Shown here piece after piece: positions 8,468 through 17,981 of a stretch of DNA of 63,603 nt (positions are counted from its first letter, which is position 1; each line of letters opens with the position of its first letter). The notes below the pieces were generated by a model, which saw nothing but the letters and a program-made list of their open reading frames with translations, had not been told where the DNA came from and did not search any database. The DNA comes from a virus. The position numbers and the translations under genes were made by a program. The DNA lies in the IMG/VR virus record IMGVR_UViG_3300035665_000029. One strand, given 5' to 3'.

Positions 8468-8719
8468 ATGAAACATGAAACAGCAGTAGCACTATCAAAC
8501 ATAAACAAACAACTGCGGATAATGAACAATAAATTAGATGAATTAGTTGAATTAACTGATCGACCCAAAAAAGTTAAGTGGTGGCGCAACATGCCGAAGC
8601 ACGGGGTTTTGGTAAGAAGTAAGCAGTTTGGTTGCATCTTTACGCTTGCGGATGAAGCGAGGTATACAGATGATTTGGTGCCGTTAACTAACGAAGAGAT
8701 CGAGGCTTTTAAACGATGA
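8468..8719 (+). CDS. Hypothetical protein (83 aa)
   Basis: Track ORF with RBS aggagag. Confidence 0.55.
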   Translation: MKHETAVALSNINKQLRIMNNKLDELVELTDRPKKVKWWRNMPKHGVLVRSKQFGCIFTLADEARYTDDLVPLTNEEIEAFKR

Positions 8720-9075
8720 ATAGTGTATGGGTAATAGCGATCTATAAAGAACGTAGTTGTGGATGGAATCAAACCGAAAAGACTATTGAGCTTAACCAAG
8801 AAGGGCTGTGGCGTGAAGATCAATTATCCCCAGCGTTTCAGTGTGAAGACGATGCAAGGGCTTACATTACTAAGCTACCAGAATCAAGTAGGCTTATTCA
8901 CGATTTACGCCCAGTAAAATTAGCGTTTTGGGGGGCTGACATAGGGTATTTAGCTGAACCATACCAAGAGTCACAAAATGAACCAGAACCTTCAGGGGTA
9001 AAATATCGAGGCCAATTAGTAGAGGAGCTACTTCCAAAGTTAAATGCGCTGTTTGGTATAGAGGATAAACGATGA
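8716..9075 (+). CDS. Hypothetical protein (119 aa); C-terminal peptide resembles the capsid N-terminus
   Basis: ATGA overlaps at both ends. C-terminal LVEELLPKLNALFGIE compares with MCP LLKELLPGLNALFGLE. Confidence 0.55.
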   Translation: MNSVWVIAIYKERSCGWNQTEKTIELNQEGLWREDQLSPAFQCEDDARAYITKLPESSRLIHDLRPVKLAFWGADIGYLAEPYQESQNEPEPSGVKYRGQLVEELLPKLNALFGIEDKR

Positions 9076-9872
9076 CTGATCGTATCACCTACGCGGAAGC
9101 CGCTGAGCTACTCAAGCTTCCCTATACAACCCTTCGTGCGTTTAGAAAGCGTATCGGAGCGCCAGAACCTGTCGTCGTTACATCAGGCACACAGCCAGCG
9201 TTGTTCAGTAAGCGTGAGTATGAGGAGTTCATGCTAGATCATAACGTAACGGCGCTAATAGCGGCAGAGCGGTACTTCGATAAGCACGGTGTATACCCGA
9301 ACCAAGGTGATGCTAAACCAACCTTCAATAAGATGGCATCAACGTTTCTGAAAGGTGCATACCTACCGCAGGAGGCACAGGCCAAGCGCGAAGCAATGAT
9401 GGCAATAGCTAAGCGTAACAAACCGAAGACAACACGTATGACGATTGAGTCTGAGTGGTCGATGAAACCTACTGATACAGGGTCTAAAGGACGAGTTAGA
9501 CTTGCTGTGATTGGTGCTAATGGTCTGCCGACTGGGGTGCATAAAACGCCACATAACACCTACAGGGTAAAGATTAAGTTCAACAAGGTTGAGTACAACT
9601 TAGGATCATTTGACACATTAAGTAAAGCGATTGATGCACGAGTTGCCGCAGAAGAGGACCTACGGGTTAATGGTAAGATAAGGAATGTTGTCTCTGCCAC
9701 TAAAAAAGGTTTACCGAAAGGTGTTCAACTTAGACCTAACGGTACATATGTAGCACGTATGAAGTGTAAAAGTATCGACTACAACTTAGGTACGTTTAAG
9801 ACATTAGAGGAAGCCGTTGCAGTAAGACGTGAGGCTGAGAAACAAATTAAAGAAACGGGGAGAATACGATGA
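9072..9872 (+). CDS. DNA-binding protein with N-terminal HTH-like region and two AP2-like repeats
   Basis: Two repeats of GLP.GV...NTYRVKIKFNKVEYNLGSFDTL..A / GLPKGVQLRPNGTYVARMKCKSIDYNLGTFKTLEEA. Confidence 0.6.
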   Translation: MTDRITYAEAAELLKLPYTTLRAFRKRIGAPEPVVVTSGTQPALFSKREYEEFMLDHNVTALIAAERYFDKHGVYPNQGDAKPTFNKMASTFLKGAYLPQEAQAKREAMMAIAKRNKPKTTRMTIESEWSMKPTDTGSKGRVRLAVIGANGLPTGVHKTPHNTYRVKIKFNKVEYNLGSFDTLSKAIDARVAAEEDLRVNGKIRNVVSATKKGLPKGVQLRPNGTYVARMKCKSIDYNLGTFKTLEEAVAVRREAEKQIKETGRIR

Positions 9873-10399
9873 AAGGTCAAACACACGGCGGCAAGGGTAG
9901 CACCCCACGCCCAACAAACAAGAGACGATTCGATGAAAATTACGAAGCGATATTTAACAAAAAAGCCAACGAAGAAAGGGTCGAATTGGATGAAGGGGTT
10001 CATACTGCCGAAAGCGATGGACGACAACGAGAAAGCAAGCTTCGAGAGCATGTTGAAGGTGCGGGAATACAAGGACAGGCAGACCAAGAGCAAGCGGTAA
10101 AATTTAACTTCTGTCCACGGTGCGGAAAACGATTATCAGGTAACCCTGATTGGGTACATACCTGCACACCACCGGAAGCATACGAGGGTGAAATAAGTAC
10201 AGTTACATTACCAGAAAATAAGCTGACAGAATTACAAATAAAGGCTTCACAGCGGGATGAATTGTTGGAAGCATTAATCAACGCTCTACCCAAGCTTCAT
10301 ACAGGTGATGAACTACCTATGAGCTACTACGCTGACAAGAAAGGCGTACTAGGTGATGCACTTCGGGCAATTGCTAAAGCTAAAGGAGAACAACAATGA
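9869..10399 (+). CDS. Hypothetical protein (176 aa) with CPRCGK zinc-ribbon-like motif
   Basis: Track ORF with ATGA overlap. Confidence 0.55.
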   Translation: MKGQTHGGKGSTPRPTNKRRFDENYEAIFNKKANEERVELDEGVHTAESDGRQRESKLREHVEGAGIQGQADQEQAVKFNFCPRCGKRLSGNPDWVHTCTPPEAYEGEISTVTLPENKLTELQIKASQRDELLEALINALPKLHTGDELPMSYYADKKGVLGDALRAIAKAKGEQQ

Positions 10400-10617
10400 G
10401 TATTAAAAGCGGTGGGCCAGCGTTTCCACACGCTATAGTGTATCCAGATAATGCGCATGAAGCGCATAGCGGCTTATCAACTCGCGATTATTTTGCGGCC
10501 AAGGCTATGCAAAGCCATATATCAGGCAACATTAGTCTAAGAATAGAGGAGGTCGCAAAATGGGCATATCAATATGCAGATGCCATGCTGGCTGAACGGG
10601 AGAAAACGAATGATTAG
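10396..10617 (+). CDS. Hypothetical protein (73 aa)
   Basis: Track ORF with ATGA overlap. Confidence 0.5.
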   Translation: MSIKSGGPAFPHAIVYPDNAHEAHSGLSTRDYFAAKAMQSHISGNISLRIEEVAKWAYQYADAMLAEREKTND

Positions 10618-10783
10618 AAAAGAATACAGAATAACCAACAGCACCTTATCTATAGTGCTATCAGATTCGCGATTGAACCGCAGGAAATTTGTAGCGATGG
10701 TGAGTAATAGAGAATCTCATCTGAGTTGGAAGAAACGATTACAAGCACACAATAAACACACAGTAGGGACGGAGGTCTGGTGA
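10610..10783 (+). CDS. Hypothetical protein (57 aa)
   Basis: ATG at 10610 lies next to the upstream stop. The track ORF begins at 10574. Confidence 0.4.
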   Translation: MIRKEYRITNSTLSIVLSDSRLNRRKFVAMVSNRESHLSWKKRLQAHNKHTVGTEVW

Positions 10784-11058
10784 TGCAAAGATACACAATA
10801 AAACAAATTTGGCGCAGTATGAAAGAAGCGGAGCAAGGTGAGTTTGTTCGGTATGAGGATAGTAAACAAGTAATAGACGATTACGTAGCTCAAGAACAGC
10901 TGATGTATGAACATTATAAAGAAGAGCAAGCAAGGAAATGGGAGGAGCGTAGGAAGGTTAAGCATTTAGAAGTAAGAGTTCGTGTGCTTTATTACATCAT
11001 CATGGCGATGATGGGTATGGTCGTTGGTAAGTTAGTTGGGTGGAGTTTTGGGCTATGA
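10783..11058 (+). CDS. Hypothetical protein with C-terminal transmembrane segment
   Basis: Track ORF; YYIIMAMMGMVVGKLVGW hydrophobic tail. Confidence 0.5.
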   Translation: MQRYTIKQIWRSMKEAEQGEFVRYEDSKQVIDDYVAQEQLMYEHYKEEQARKWEERRKVKHLEVRVRVLYYIIMAMMGMVVGKLVGWSFGL

Positions 11059-11285
11059 GAGCATTAGATGTACAAACAGGCGGGAGTCACTATAAAGATT
11101 TAAAGATTCAACCGGTGGAGTATACCCACGCTAATGGTTTAGGTTTCTGTGAGGGTAGTGTAATCAAATATATCACTCGATGGAGAGCGAAGAACGGTAT
11201 AGAAGATTTAAAGAAAGCGAGGCATTTTATCGACCTTTTGATTGAGCTTGAATCTAATGAGGTTTCCTCCGATAAATCTGTATAG
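11055..11285 (+). CDS. DUF3310-family phage protein
   Basis: GGSHYK...IQPVEY...GSVIKYITRW...DLKKARHFIDLL pattern; ATGA overlap at 11055. Confidence 0.6.
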   Translation: MRALDVQTGGSHYKDLKIQPVEYTHANGLGFCEGSVIKYITRWRAKNGIEDLKKARHFIDLLIELESNEVSSDKSV

Positions 11286-11319
11286 CCTCCCTAAACAATT
11301 ACGTGACTATGAGAAACCT

Positions 11320-13233
11320 ATGAAACTTTTTACCCTAGACTTTGAGTCTTTTTATTCCCGCACATTCAGCTTATCTAAACTTACCTACGATGAATATATC
11401 AATGATGACCAGTTTGAAGTTATCGGTGTAGGGGTAAAGAGAAACAGCGAACCAACACAATGGTTCAGCGGTACAAAGCAAGAGACACACGACTGGTTGG
11501 TTCAGTTCGATTTAGATAACAATGCAGTCATTATGCACAACGCGATGTTCGATGCGAGTATCTTAGCGTTTCACTTTGGTATCTACCCTAAAGTTATATT
11601 AGACACCTTAGCAATGGCTAGAGCACTACATGGTGCGACAGTAGGTAACAGCCTTAAACGCCTAGCCGAATACTATGGTGTAGGTGAGAAGGGTACAGAG
11701 GTGCATAACTTCATTGACTATCATAGAGATACGTTTACACCACAAGAACTAGCGGCCTATGGTGAATACTGCAAGCAAGACGTAAACCTCACTAAACAGA
11801 TATTTGATCTGATGCGGTCTAAGTTCAATCAGACTGAGTTAAAGCTGATTGATATGACCATCCGTATGTACACCGAACCTAAGTTTATGTACGACAGAGA
11901 GTTCTTAGTGCAGCATTTAAAAGAAGTCCAAGACAAACGAGAGGGCATTATCAACGATATAGCTAGACGTTTAGATTTCATAGAAGTTGGTATAAGTAAC
12001 CCTGATGAGGTTGTACTCGATGTATTAGGACCAGTAACACCTGAACGTAGAGATAAAGCGTTAAAAACTTTGCGGTCTAACCCAAAGTTTGCAGAACTGC
12101 TGCGCAGTTATGGTGTAGAACCTCCGATGAAAACTTCACTGACTACAGGTAAAGATACTTATGCTTTAGCTAAAACAGATGAAGGTATGAAGGCTTTACT
12201 TGAGCACGAGAACCCTGATGTTCAAGCACTTGCAGCTGCAAGGTTGGGTGTAAAAAGTTCACTAGAAGAAACGCGCACACAACGTCTAATAGATACAGGT
12301 GACCGCAATAATGGGTACTTACCTATTGGACTTAATTATTATGGTGCTCGCACAGGGCGGTGGTCGGCTACACAGGGGTTGCAGTTTCAAAACCTACCTA
12401 ACAAATCAGACTTAAAGCAGGGTGTGGTAGCGCCACCCGGGTATGTCATTATCGGGGCTGACTTATCTAACATTGAGTTAAGGGTTGGGTTATGGTTTGC
12501 GGGGCAGATGGATAAACTGCAACTACTTCAGGAAGGTAAAGACCTGTACAAAGACTTTGCCAGTTCTGTGTTTAATGTGCCGTATGATGACGTTGATAAA
12601 GACCAAAGGTTTATTGGTAAAACGAGTTCGTTGTCCCTTATTTACGGGGTCGGCGCAGGGAAACTACGCAATGCGATCAAACAAGGTTCAGGTAAAGATA
12701 TAGGTGAAATTGAAGCTAAACGTATCGTAGCTATGTATCGTGAAGACTACAGCGACGTGGCTGGTATGTGGCGTACCGGTGGTGAGGTTATCTCTGCTGT
12801 TGCAAACAATTACGGTATGGACTTCGGGTACAACAATCTTTGTGCTGTAGAAGGGGGCACTGGCATCCGCTTACCTTCAGGTTTGCACTTAGCGTATCCA
12901 AATTTACGTCAGCAGTACAATGACAAACAGAAGCTTGAGTGGGTGTACGACAAGTCGTCAAAAGAAATAGACCGCGTCTATGGCGCCAAGGTGTTTCAAG
13001 GAACTGTGCAAGCATTAGCTCGCTGTGTAATTGGTGAATCTATGGTACGTATCAACAAAAAATACCCTCTAGCATTAACTCTGCATGACGCTAACTACCT
13101 AACTGTACGGGAGCAATATGCTGATGAAGCGTTGAAGTTTGTAGAAGATGAGATGGTGCGAGCACCGTCATGGTTGCCCGGCATTGTGTTAGGTGTTGAA
13201 GGTCATATTGGACGTAACTTAAAAGAGGTTTAA
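11320..13233 (+). CDS. Family A DNA polymerase with 3'-5' exonuclease domain
   Basis: ExoI LDFES; motif A GADLSNIELR; motif B RFIGKTSSLSLIYG; motif C LTLHDA. Start could also be 11242. Confidence 0.85.
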   Translation: MKLFTLDFESFYSRTFSLSKLTYDEYINDDQFEVIGVGVKRNSEPTQWFSGTKQETHDWLVQFDLDNNAVIMHNAMFDASILAFHFGIYPKVILDTLAMARALHGATVGNSLKRLAEYYGVGEKGTEVHNFIDYHRDTFTPQELAAYGEYCKQDVNLTKQIFDLMRSKFNQTELKLIDMTIRMYTEPKFMYDREFLVQHLKEVQDKREGIINDIARRLDFIEVGISNPDEVVLDVLGPVTPERRDKALKTLRSNPKFAELLRSYGVEPPMKTSLTTGKDTYALAKTDEGMKALLEHENPDVQALAAARLGVKSSLEETRTQRLIDTGDRNNGYLPIGLNYYGARTGRWSATQGLQFQNLPNKSDLKQGVVAPPGYVIIGADLSNIELRVGLWFAGQMDKLQLLQEGKDLYKDFASSVFNVPYDDVDKDQRFIGKTSSLSLIYGVGAGKLRNAIKQGSGKDIGEIEAKRIVAMYREDYSDVAGMWRTGGEVISAVANNYGMDFGYNNLCAVEGGTGIRLPSGLHLAYPNLRQQYNDKQKLEWVYDKSSKEIDRVYGAKVFQGTVQALARCVIGESMVRINKKYPLALTLHDANYLTVREQYADEALKFVEDEMVRAPSWLPGIVLGVEGHIGRNLKEV

Positions 13234-13234
13234 G

Positions 13235-13471
13235 ATGGAAAACAAAAAAACAATACACGTTCCACTCATACTTAATATATCAAACAAGTTAATATCAGTA
13301 AGCCTTATGGGTTTTTCTGTGTCAGGTGAGTGTGTTGATGATGCCATACCTTTGGTGCAACTAGCCGCGGGGCGAATATATTTCCAGAAATTGGTGATCT
13401 CTTTTTTAGTTGCAGGGTTGCTGGTAACTAACGGCTTATGGGCTGCTTACCATTATGGTATACTTGGCTGA
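13235..13471 (+). CDS. Hypothetical membrane protein (78 aa)
   Basis: Track ORF with hydrophobic segments. Confidence 0.45.
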   Translation: MENKKTIHVPLILNISNKLISVSLMGFSVSGECVDDAIPLVQLAAGRIYFQKLVISFLVAGLLVTNGLWAAYHYGILG

Positions 13472-13501
13472 CGTGCATAGTTGTACTGAATCGAGGCGAT
13501 A

Positions 13502-14197
13502 ATGGAACCAAAATATACTATCCAACCGTGGAGCTATAGCTCACTGAGTACCTTTAAACAATGCCCACATAGATACATGCGGGAGAAAGTGGTCAGGGAT
13601 ATTCCTAGAGAACCTGATACTGACGCTATTATTTACGGTACAGAGCTGCATAAAGCGGCTGAAGAGTATATCGGGGAAGACAAACCATTGCCGCCTCAGT
13701 TCTCTTACATAAAGTCATACTTAGACAAACTCAAAGCTATACAGGGTGAGAAGTTTGTTGAACGTAAGATGGGTATTACCCGAAAGAACGGTGTGCTAGA
13801 GCCATGCGATTTCTTTGACAAAGAAGCGTGGTTTAGAGGTGTAGCCGACCTACTGATTGTAGACCATAAGAAACAAGTAGCCTATGTAGTGGACTACAAA
13901 ACAGGTAAGTCGTCCAAATATGCAGACCCACTGCAGTTACAACTTATGGCGGCCTGTGTATTCCTACTATTCCCAGAGATACAGCGGGTTAAAGGTATGC
14001 TGTTATTTGTATTATGTAGGGATATAATAAAAACTTCATACCCTAATGCGGAAAAGTTTAAAGTGTTTGAGCAACTCGATGAGGTGCTGCACCGTAGAAC
14101 GGTTGCGTATGAGACAGGGGTTTTTAACAAAACACAGAACGGTTTATGTAGAGGGTGGTGCCCTGTCGTAGACTGCGAGTTCAATGGGAGACGATAA
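13502..14197 (+). CDS. PD-(D/E)XK exonuclease, Cas4/RecB-like
   Basis: N-terminal CPHRY cysteine; core GVADLLIVD...VVDYKTGK; C-terminal CRGWCPVVDC cysteine cluster. Confidence 0.7.
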   Translation: MEPKYTIQPWSYSSLSTFKQCPHRYMREKVVRDIPREPDTDAIIYGTELHKAAEEYIGEDKPLPPQFSYIKSYLDKLKAIQGEKFVERKMGITRKNGVLEPCDFFDKEAWFRGVADLLIVDHKKQVAYVVDYKTGKSSKYADPLQLQLMAACVFLLFPEIQRVKGMLLFVLCRDIIKTSYPNAEKFKVFEQLDEVLHRRTVAYETGVFNKTQNGLCRGWCPVVDCEFNGRR

Positions 14198-14493
14198 TGC
14201 CATATGCAGATCCGAAAGATAGAGATTACAAACACGAGCATCGTTTAGAGATGCAAAAACCAAAAGCTCGTAAATTACGTGCGGAGCGTCAAAAAGCACG
14301 TAGAGCAATGGATAAAGCGGGTGTAGATAGAAAGGGCAAAGACATTGACCATATCAAGCCGTTATCTAAAGGTGGTTTGAATACCAAAAGTAACTTGCGG
14401 TTAGTATCACCTGAAACAAACAGAGCGTTTTCTCAAACGAAAGGGAAAACTGTTATGAATAAAAATCCCGGTAGTAGAAAGGTAAATAAATAA
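14197..14493 (+). CDS. HNH endonuclease (small)
   Basis: DIDHIKPLSKGGLNTKSNLRLVSPETN; TAATG overlap at 14197. Confidence 0.7.
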   Translation: MPYADPKDRDYKHEHRLEMQKPKARKLRAERQKARRAMDKAGVDRKGKDIDHIKPLSKGGLNTKSNLRLVSPETNRAFSQTKGKTVMNKNPGSRKVNK

Positions 14494-14699
14494 TGCAGCT
14501 TCCAACAGCAGCAATACGACAATACGCAAGAGATGCTGGATTAAGTGACGCCTTTTTAGTCCAGCATCAAGATCTTCTGGAAGCGTTCGCGTTACGTGTC
14601 GCTTCTGGTCAACGTAAGAAAGACCAACAAAGAGTCAGAGCTTGGTACTTTGACAGCAACCCAACTAAATGCCAACTATTCGAGATTTTGGAGGAGTAA
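14493..14699 (+). CDS. Hypothetical protein (68 aa)
   Basis: Track ORF with overlapping stop/start. Confidence 0.5.
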   Translation: MQLPTAAIRQYARDAGLSDAFLVQHQDLLEAFALRVASGQRKKDQQRVRAWYFDSNPTKCQLFEILEE

Positions 14700-14800
14700 T
14701 GGTTACAGATATATTTATGTCTTTAGTGACTATGGTTGTCGTGGGTGTGATTATGTTTTATACCTATGAATGGTTTAACGATGACGACGATTTAATTTAG
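14699..14800 (+). CDS. Small membrane peptide (33 aa)
   Basis: TAATG overlap; MSLVTMVVVGVIMFY hydrophobic core; hand-translated. Confidence 0.35.
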   Translation: MVTDIFMSLVTMVVVGVIMFYTYEWFNDDDDLI

Positions 14801-14837
14801 CTAGACCTTTTTCTTGCGTTTAACGCAATGGACTTAT

Positions 14838-16391
14838 ATGAGAATAATAGACAATAAAGCTATAGAGCTGCGTACAAAATACCCTGAACGTATTACGTCC
14901 ATCATACCCAAAAGTAAATTGCTACGTTGGGATGGCGGTGTTGCGACAGTAATAATCCATTGGGGGTTAGATGAAGTACGTGTACTACATAATTTAGGTT
15001 TCACTAAAATACCTTCGCCTATACTGAAAGACTACACATGGGCAGGTATATACACACCGTTTGACCACCAAAAGACAACGGCCAGCTTCCTGTCTGTAAA
15101 CAGACGCGCCTATGTATTATCAGAAATGGGTACAGGCAAGACCTCATCGTCTGCATGGGCTTTAGACTATCTGATGAATAAGAACCTAGTAAAACGTGTG
15201 TTAATCATCTGCCCACTATCTATCATGCAGTCAGCTTGGCAAAATGATTTGTTCAAGACTGTTATGCACCGTAGGGTAGGTATAGCGCACGGCACAGCGG
15301 TACAGCGTAAGAAAGTTATCCTGTCTGACGCTGAGATAGTGATTATCAACTTTGACGGTGTCGAGATCGCGCTTAACGACCTACTTAGGGGTAAGTTCGA
15401 CATGGTGATTATTGACGAAGCATCCGCTATAAAACGTCAAAACACTAACCGATGGAAAGCGATAAACCAGATACTGACCCCTGAATCATGGTTGTGGTTG
15501 ATGACAGGTACACCTGCTGCACAGTCGCCTGTGGATGCGTATGGGTTGGTTAGAATGATGCACCCGCACAAGGTAGACCGTACAGAGTACATGTTTAAAG
15601 ATCGCGTCATGCAGAAGGTGTCTACGTTCACATGGAGACCGCGCCCTGAAGCAAACGCTTATATCCACCAACTAATGCAACCGGCCATACGGTTCACTAA
15701 GGAGGAGTGTCTGGATCTACCAGAACTCATGTACCAAACGCGTGATGTACCTCTGACTAAACAACAACAGAAATACTACGACACACTTAAGCGTGAGATG
15801 TTGTTTGAGGTAGCAGGTAACGAGATCACATCGGTCAATGCCGCTGTTAACATGAACAAGCTTTTGCAGATCTCTGCCGGCGGTTGTTATACAGATAATG
15901 GAGAGGTTATAGACTTTGACTGTAAGACACGATACAACGAGCTGGTCAATGTGATTGAAGATAGTTCACATAGTGTCCTTGTGTTCTGCGCGTTTAGGCA
16001 TTCGATTGCTATGCTACAGGAAAAACTCGTAGCGTCAGGCTATGACGTCGATGTGATTCATGGCGGTGTTACACTAAAAAACCGTACAGAGATATTCGAC
16101 AAGTTTCAAACATCAGGTAAAAAACAGATGCTAGTTATCCAGCCTCAATCTGCATCTCACGGTGTAACGCTACATGCGGCTAACACCGTTGTGTGGTGGT
16201 CACCCACTACAAGCTATGAAACATACGCACAGGCTAATGCCCGTGTACATCGAGCAGGGCAGAAAAACCCATGCACTGTGGTGCATTTGCAGGGTAGCCC
16301 TGTAGAAAAACATTTGTATACTGCATTACAAACACGGGAGAGTAATCAAATAAACCTATTAGGTATGTATAAATCGCTATTGAATAGTTGA
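14838..16391 (+). CDS. SNF2-family (SF2) helicase/translocase
   Basis: Motif I SEMGTGKT, II DEAS, III MTGTP, VI RVHRAGQ. The track start at 14814 is TTG. Confidence 0.85.
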   Translation: MRIIDNKAIELRTKYPERITSIIPKSKLLRWDGGVATVIIHWGLDEVRVLHNLGFTKIPSPILKDYTWAGIYTPFDHQKTTASFLSVNRRAYVLSEMGTGKTSSSAWALDYLMNKNLVKRVLIICPLSIMQSAWQNDLFKTVMHRRVGIAHGTAVQRKKVILSDAEIVIINFDGVEIALNDLLRGKFDMVIIDEASAIKRQNTNRWKAINQILTPESWLWLMTGTPAAQSPVDAYGLVRMMHPHKVDRTEYMFKDRVMQKVSTFTWRPRPEANAYIHQLMQPAIRFTKEECLDLPELMYQTRDVPLTKQQQKYYDTLKREMLFEVAGNEITSVNAAVNMNKLLQISAGGCYTDNGEVIDFDCKTRYNELVNVIEDSSHSVLVFCAFRHSIAMLQEKLVASGYDVDVIHGGVTLKNRTEIFDKFQTSGKKQMLVIQPQSASHGVTLHAANTVVWWSPTTSYETYAQANARVHRAGQKNPCTVVHLQGSPVEKHLYTALQTRESNQINLLGMYKSLLNS

Positions 16392-16415
16392 CATTAGTAC
16401 ATTTTAGTATATTAT
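16388..16415 (+). promoter_or_regulatory. Sigma70-like promoter (TTGACA-16 nt-TATTAT)
   Basis: Read directly from the sequence, 44 nt upstream of the 16459 ATG. Confidence 0.55.
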
Positions 16416-16458
16416 ATGACCCACCTACCGGGGTTGCGGTAGTGAACTGGAGACTTTT

Positions 16459-16863
16459 ATGAGTGAAGCAACTGAATTAAACGTAGCAAAATTAACACGC
16501 ATCTATATTAAAATGCGTGAGAAGCGAGCACAGCTCGCCAAACAATATGAAACAGAAGATGCAGCTATTAAGGAACAACAAGACGCAGTTTCTAAACTGT
16601 TGTTAGAGGTATGTAAACGTGATGATGCAAACAGTATCAAGACAGATTCTGGTACTGTTATACGTTCAGTTAAAACACGTTACTGGACAAGCGATTGGCA
16701 CTCAATGTACGACTTCATCAAACAGCATGAAGCCTATGACCTGTTAGAGCAACGACTGCACCAAACGCACATAAAACAGTTTCTTGCAGAACACCCCGAG
16801 CTACTACCACCCGGCCTTAACCAAGACAGTGAATATACAATTAGTGTGAGGAAAGCAAAATGA
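16459..16863 (+). CDS. Hypothetical protein (134 aa), N-terminal coiled coil
   Basis: Track ORF downstream of the promoter. Confidence 0.6.
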   Translation: MSEATELNVAKLTRIYIKMREKRAQLAKQYETEDAAIKEQQDAVSKLLLEVCKRDDANSIKTDSGTVIRSVKTRYWTSDWHSMYDFIKQHEAYDLLEQRLHQTHIKQFLAEHPELLPPGLNQDSEYTISVRKAK

Positions 16864-17045
16864 ACGACATCCCCGTCATCTATACGGTGAAAGATATACA
16901 GAACATGTTAAGAGTATCGCGCCAGACTGCATATGACTTATGCAACTCTGGCAAAATAAAAACCCTTCGGGTAGGGACGAGCATTCGTGTAACCCGTGAA
17001 GCATTTGAAGAGTATTTAAATCAATCTGGAGATCAAAATGGCTAA
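16860..17045 (+). CDS. Excisionase/MerR-type helix-turn-helix DNA-binding protein
   Basis: VKDIQNMLRVSRQTAYDLCNSGKIKTLRVG.SIRV pattern. Confidence 0.6.
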   Translation: MNDIPVIYTVKDIQNMLRVSRQTAYDLCNSGKIKTLRVGTSIRVTREAFEEYLNQSGDQNG

Positions 17046-17928
17046 TGAAGTAGCATTATTTAATAGTAACACCGAAGTTGACTTGTCTTATTTGAAAGGT
17101 ATTGACGATCCACTAACAAAACAACTTGCCGGTAGTTCAGGCGGTAAACGTATTTCAATCCGTGGCGGTGTATTCCGTATGATGGTGTCAGGTCAGGAAG
17201 TGGCTAAATCATCAGACCGTCATTTGAATATCGTTGTTGTTGACGCATCACCTAGCGTTTCTCGTACCTACTACAAAGGTACATACCAAGAAGGTGTAAC
17301 CGTAGCACCTACCTGTTGGTCAGATGACGGTGTAAAACCTGATACTACGGTACCAGCACCAATGGGTAAAACCTGTAACGACTGTCCGATGAACGTCAAA
17401 GGTTCAGGACAGGGTGAGAGTAAAGCTTGTCGCTATTCACAACGTTTAGCAGTTGCCTTGGCCAACAATTTGGACGGTGATGTATACAACCTAACAGTTG
17501 CTGCAACATCTATCTTTGGTAAAGGTGATGACTCCCATATGCCGTTACAACAATACACCAAAAAGCTGGCTGGTCATGGGTTACCTATCCGTGCTGTTGT
17601 AACTAAAGCGCAATTTGATTTGGACAGTGCAACACCAAAACTGATATTCTCTGCGGAGCGTCCATTAAGCCAAGCTGAATATCAAACGGTTATCAGTCAA
17701 AGCGAAACGGAAGATTCGCGCTATGCCATTGCTGCCCCTAACTACACGCAGGTTGTATCGAAATCAAATACACCTGCGGTTGAAGCACCTAAACCCGCTA
17801 CACCTGCTCCTGCTCCTGTAGCGGAAGAAGTAGCGGAACCTACGGTACGTGAAAAACCTGCAGCTGCTAAACCTGCTGAAGCTAAGCAAGACATAGATCA
17901 ACTATTAGCTGACTGGGACGACGATTAA
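17038..17928 (+). CDS. Probable single-stranded DNA-binding protein (Cys4 cluster, acidic C-terminal tail)
   Basis: Position in the replication module; CWSDDG...CNDCP...C cluster; Pro/Ala-rich linker ending DWDDD. Confidence 0.45.
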   Translation: MANEVALFNSNTEVDLSYLKGIDDPLTKQLAGSSGGKRISIRGGVFRMMVSGQEVAKSSDRHLNIVVVDASPSVSRTYYKGTYQEGVTVAPTCWSDDGVKPDTTVPAPMGKTCNDCPMNVKGSGQGESKACRYSQRLAVALANNLDGDVYNLTVAATSIFGKGDDSHMPLQQYTKKLAGHGLPIRAVVTKAQFDLDSATPKLIFSAERPLSQAEYQTVISQSETEDSRYAIAAPNYTQVVSKSNTPAVEAPKPATPAPAPVAEEVAEPTVREKPAAAKPAEAKQDIDQLLADWDDD

Positions 17929-17939
17929 GTCTTCCTTGT

Positions 17940-17965
17940 GTGGGGCGGCAACGCCCCACCTTTTT
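17940..17965 (+). terminator. Rho-independent terminator-like hairpin
   Basis: gtggggcg-gcaa-cgccccac followed by cttttt. Confidence 0.6.
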
Positions 17966-17981
17966 AACCTACGGACATTTT

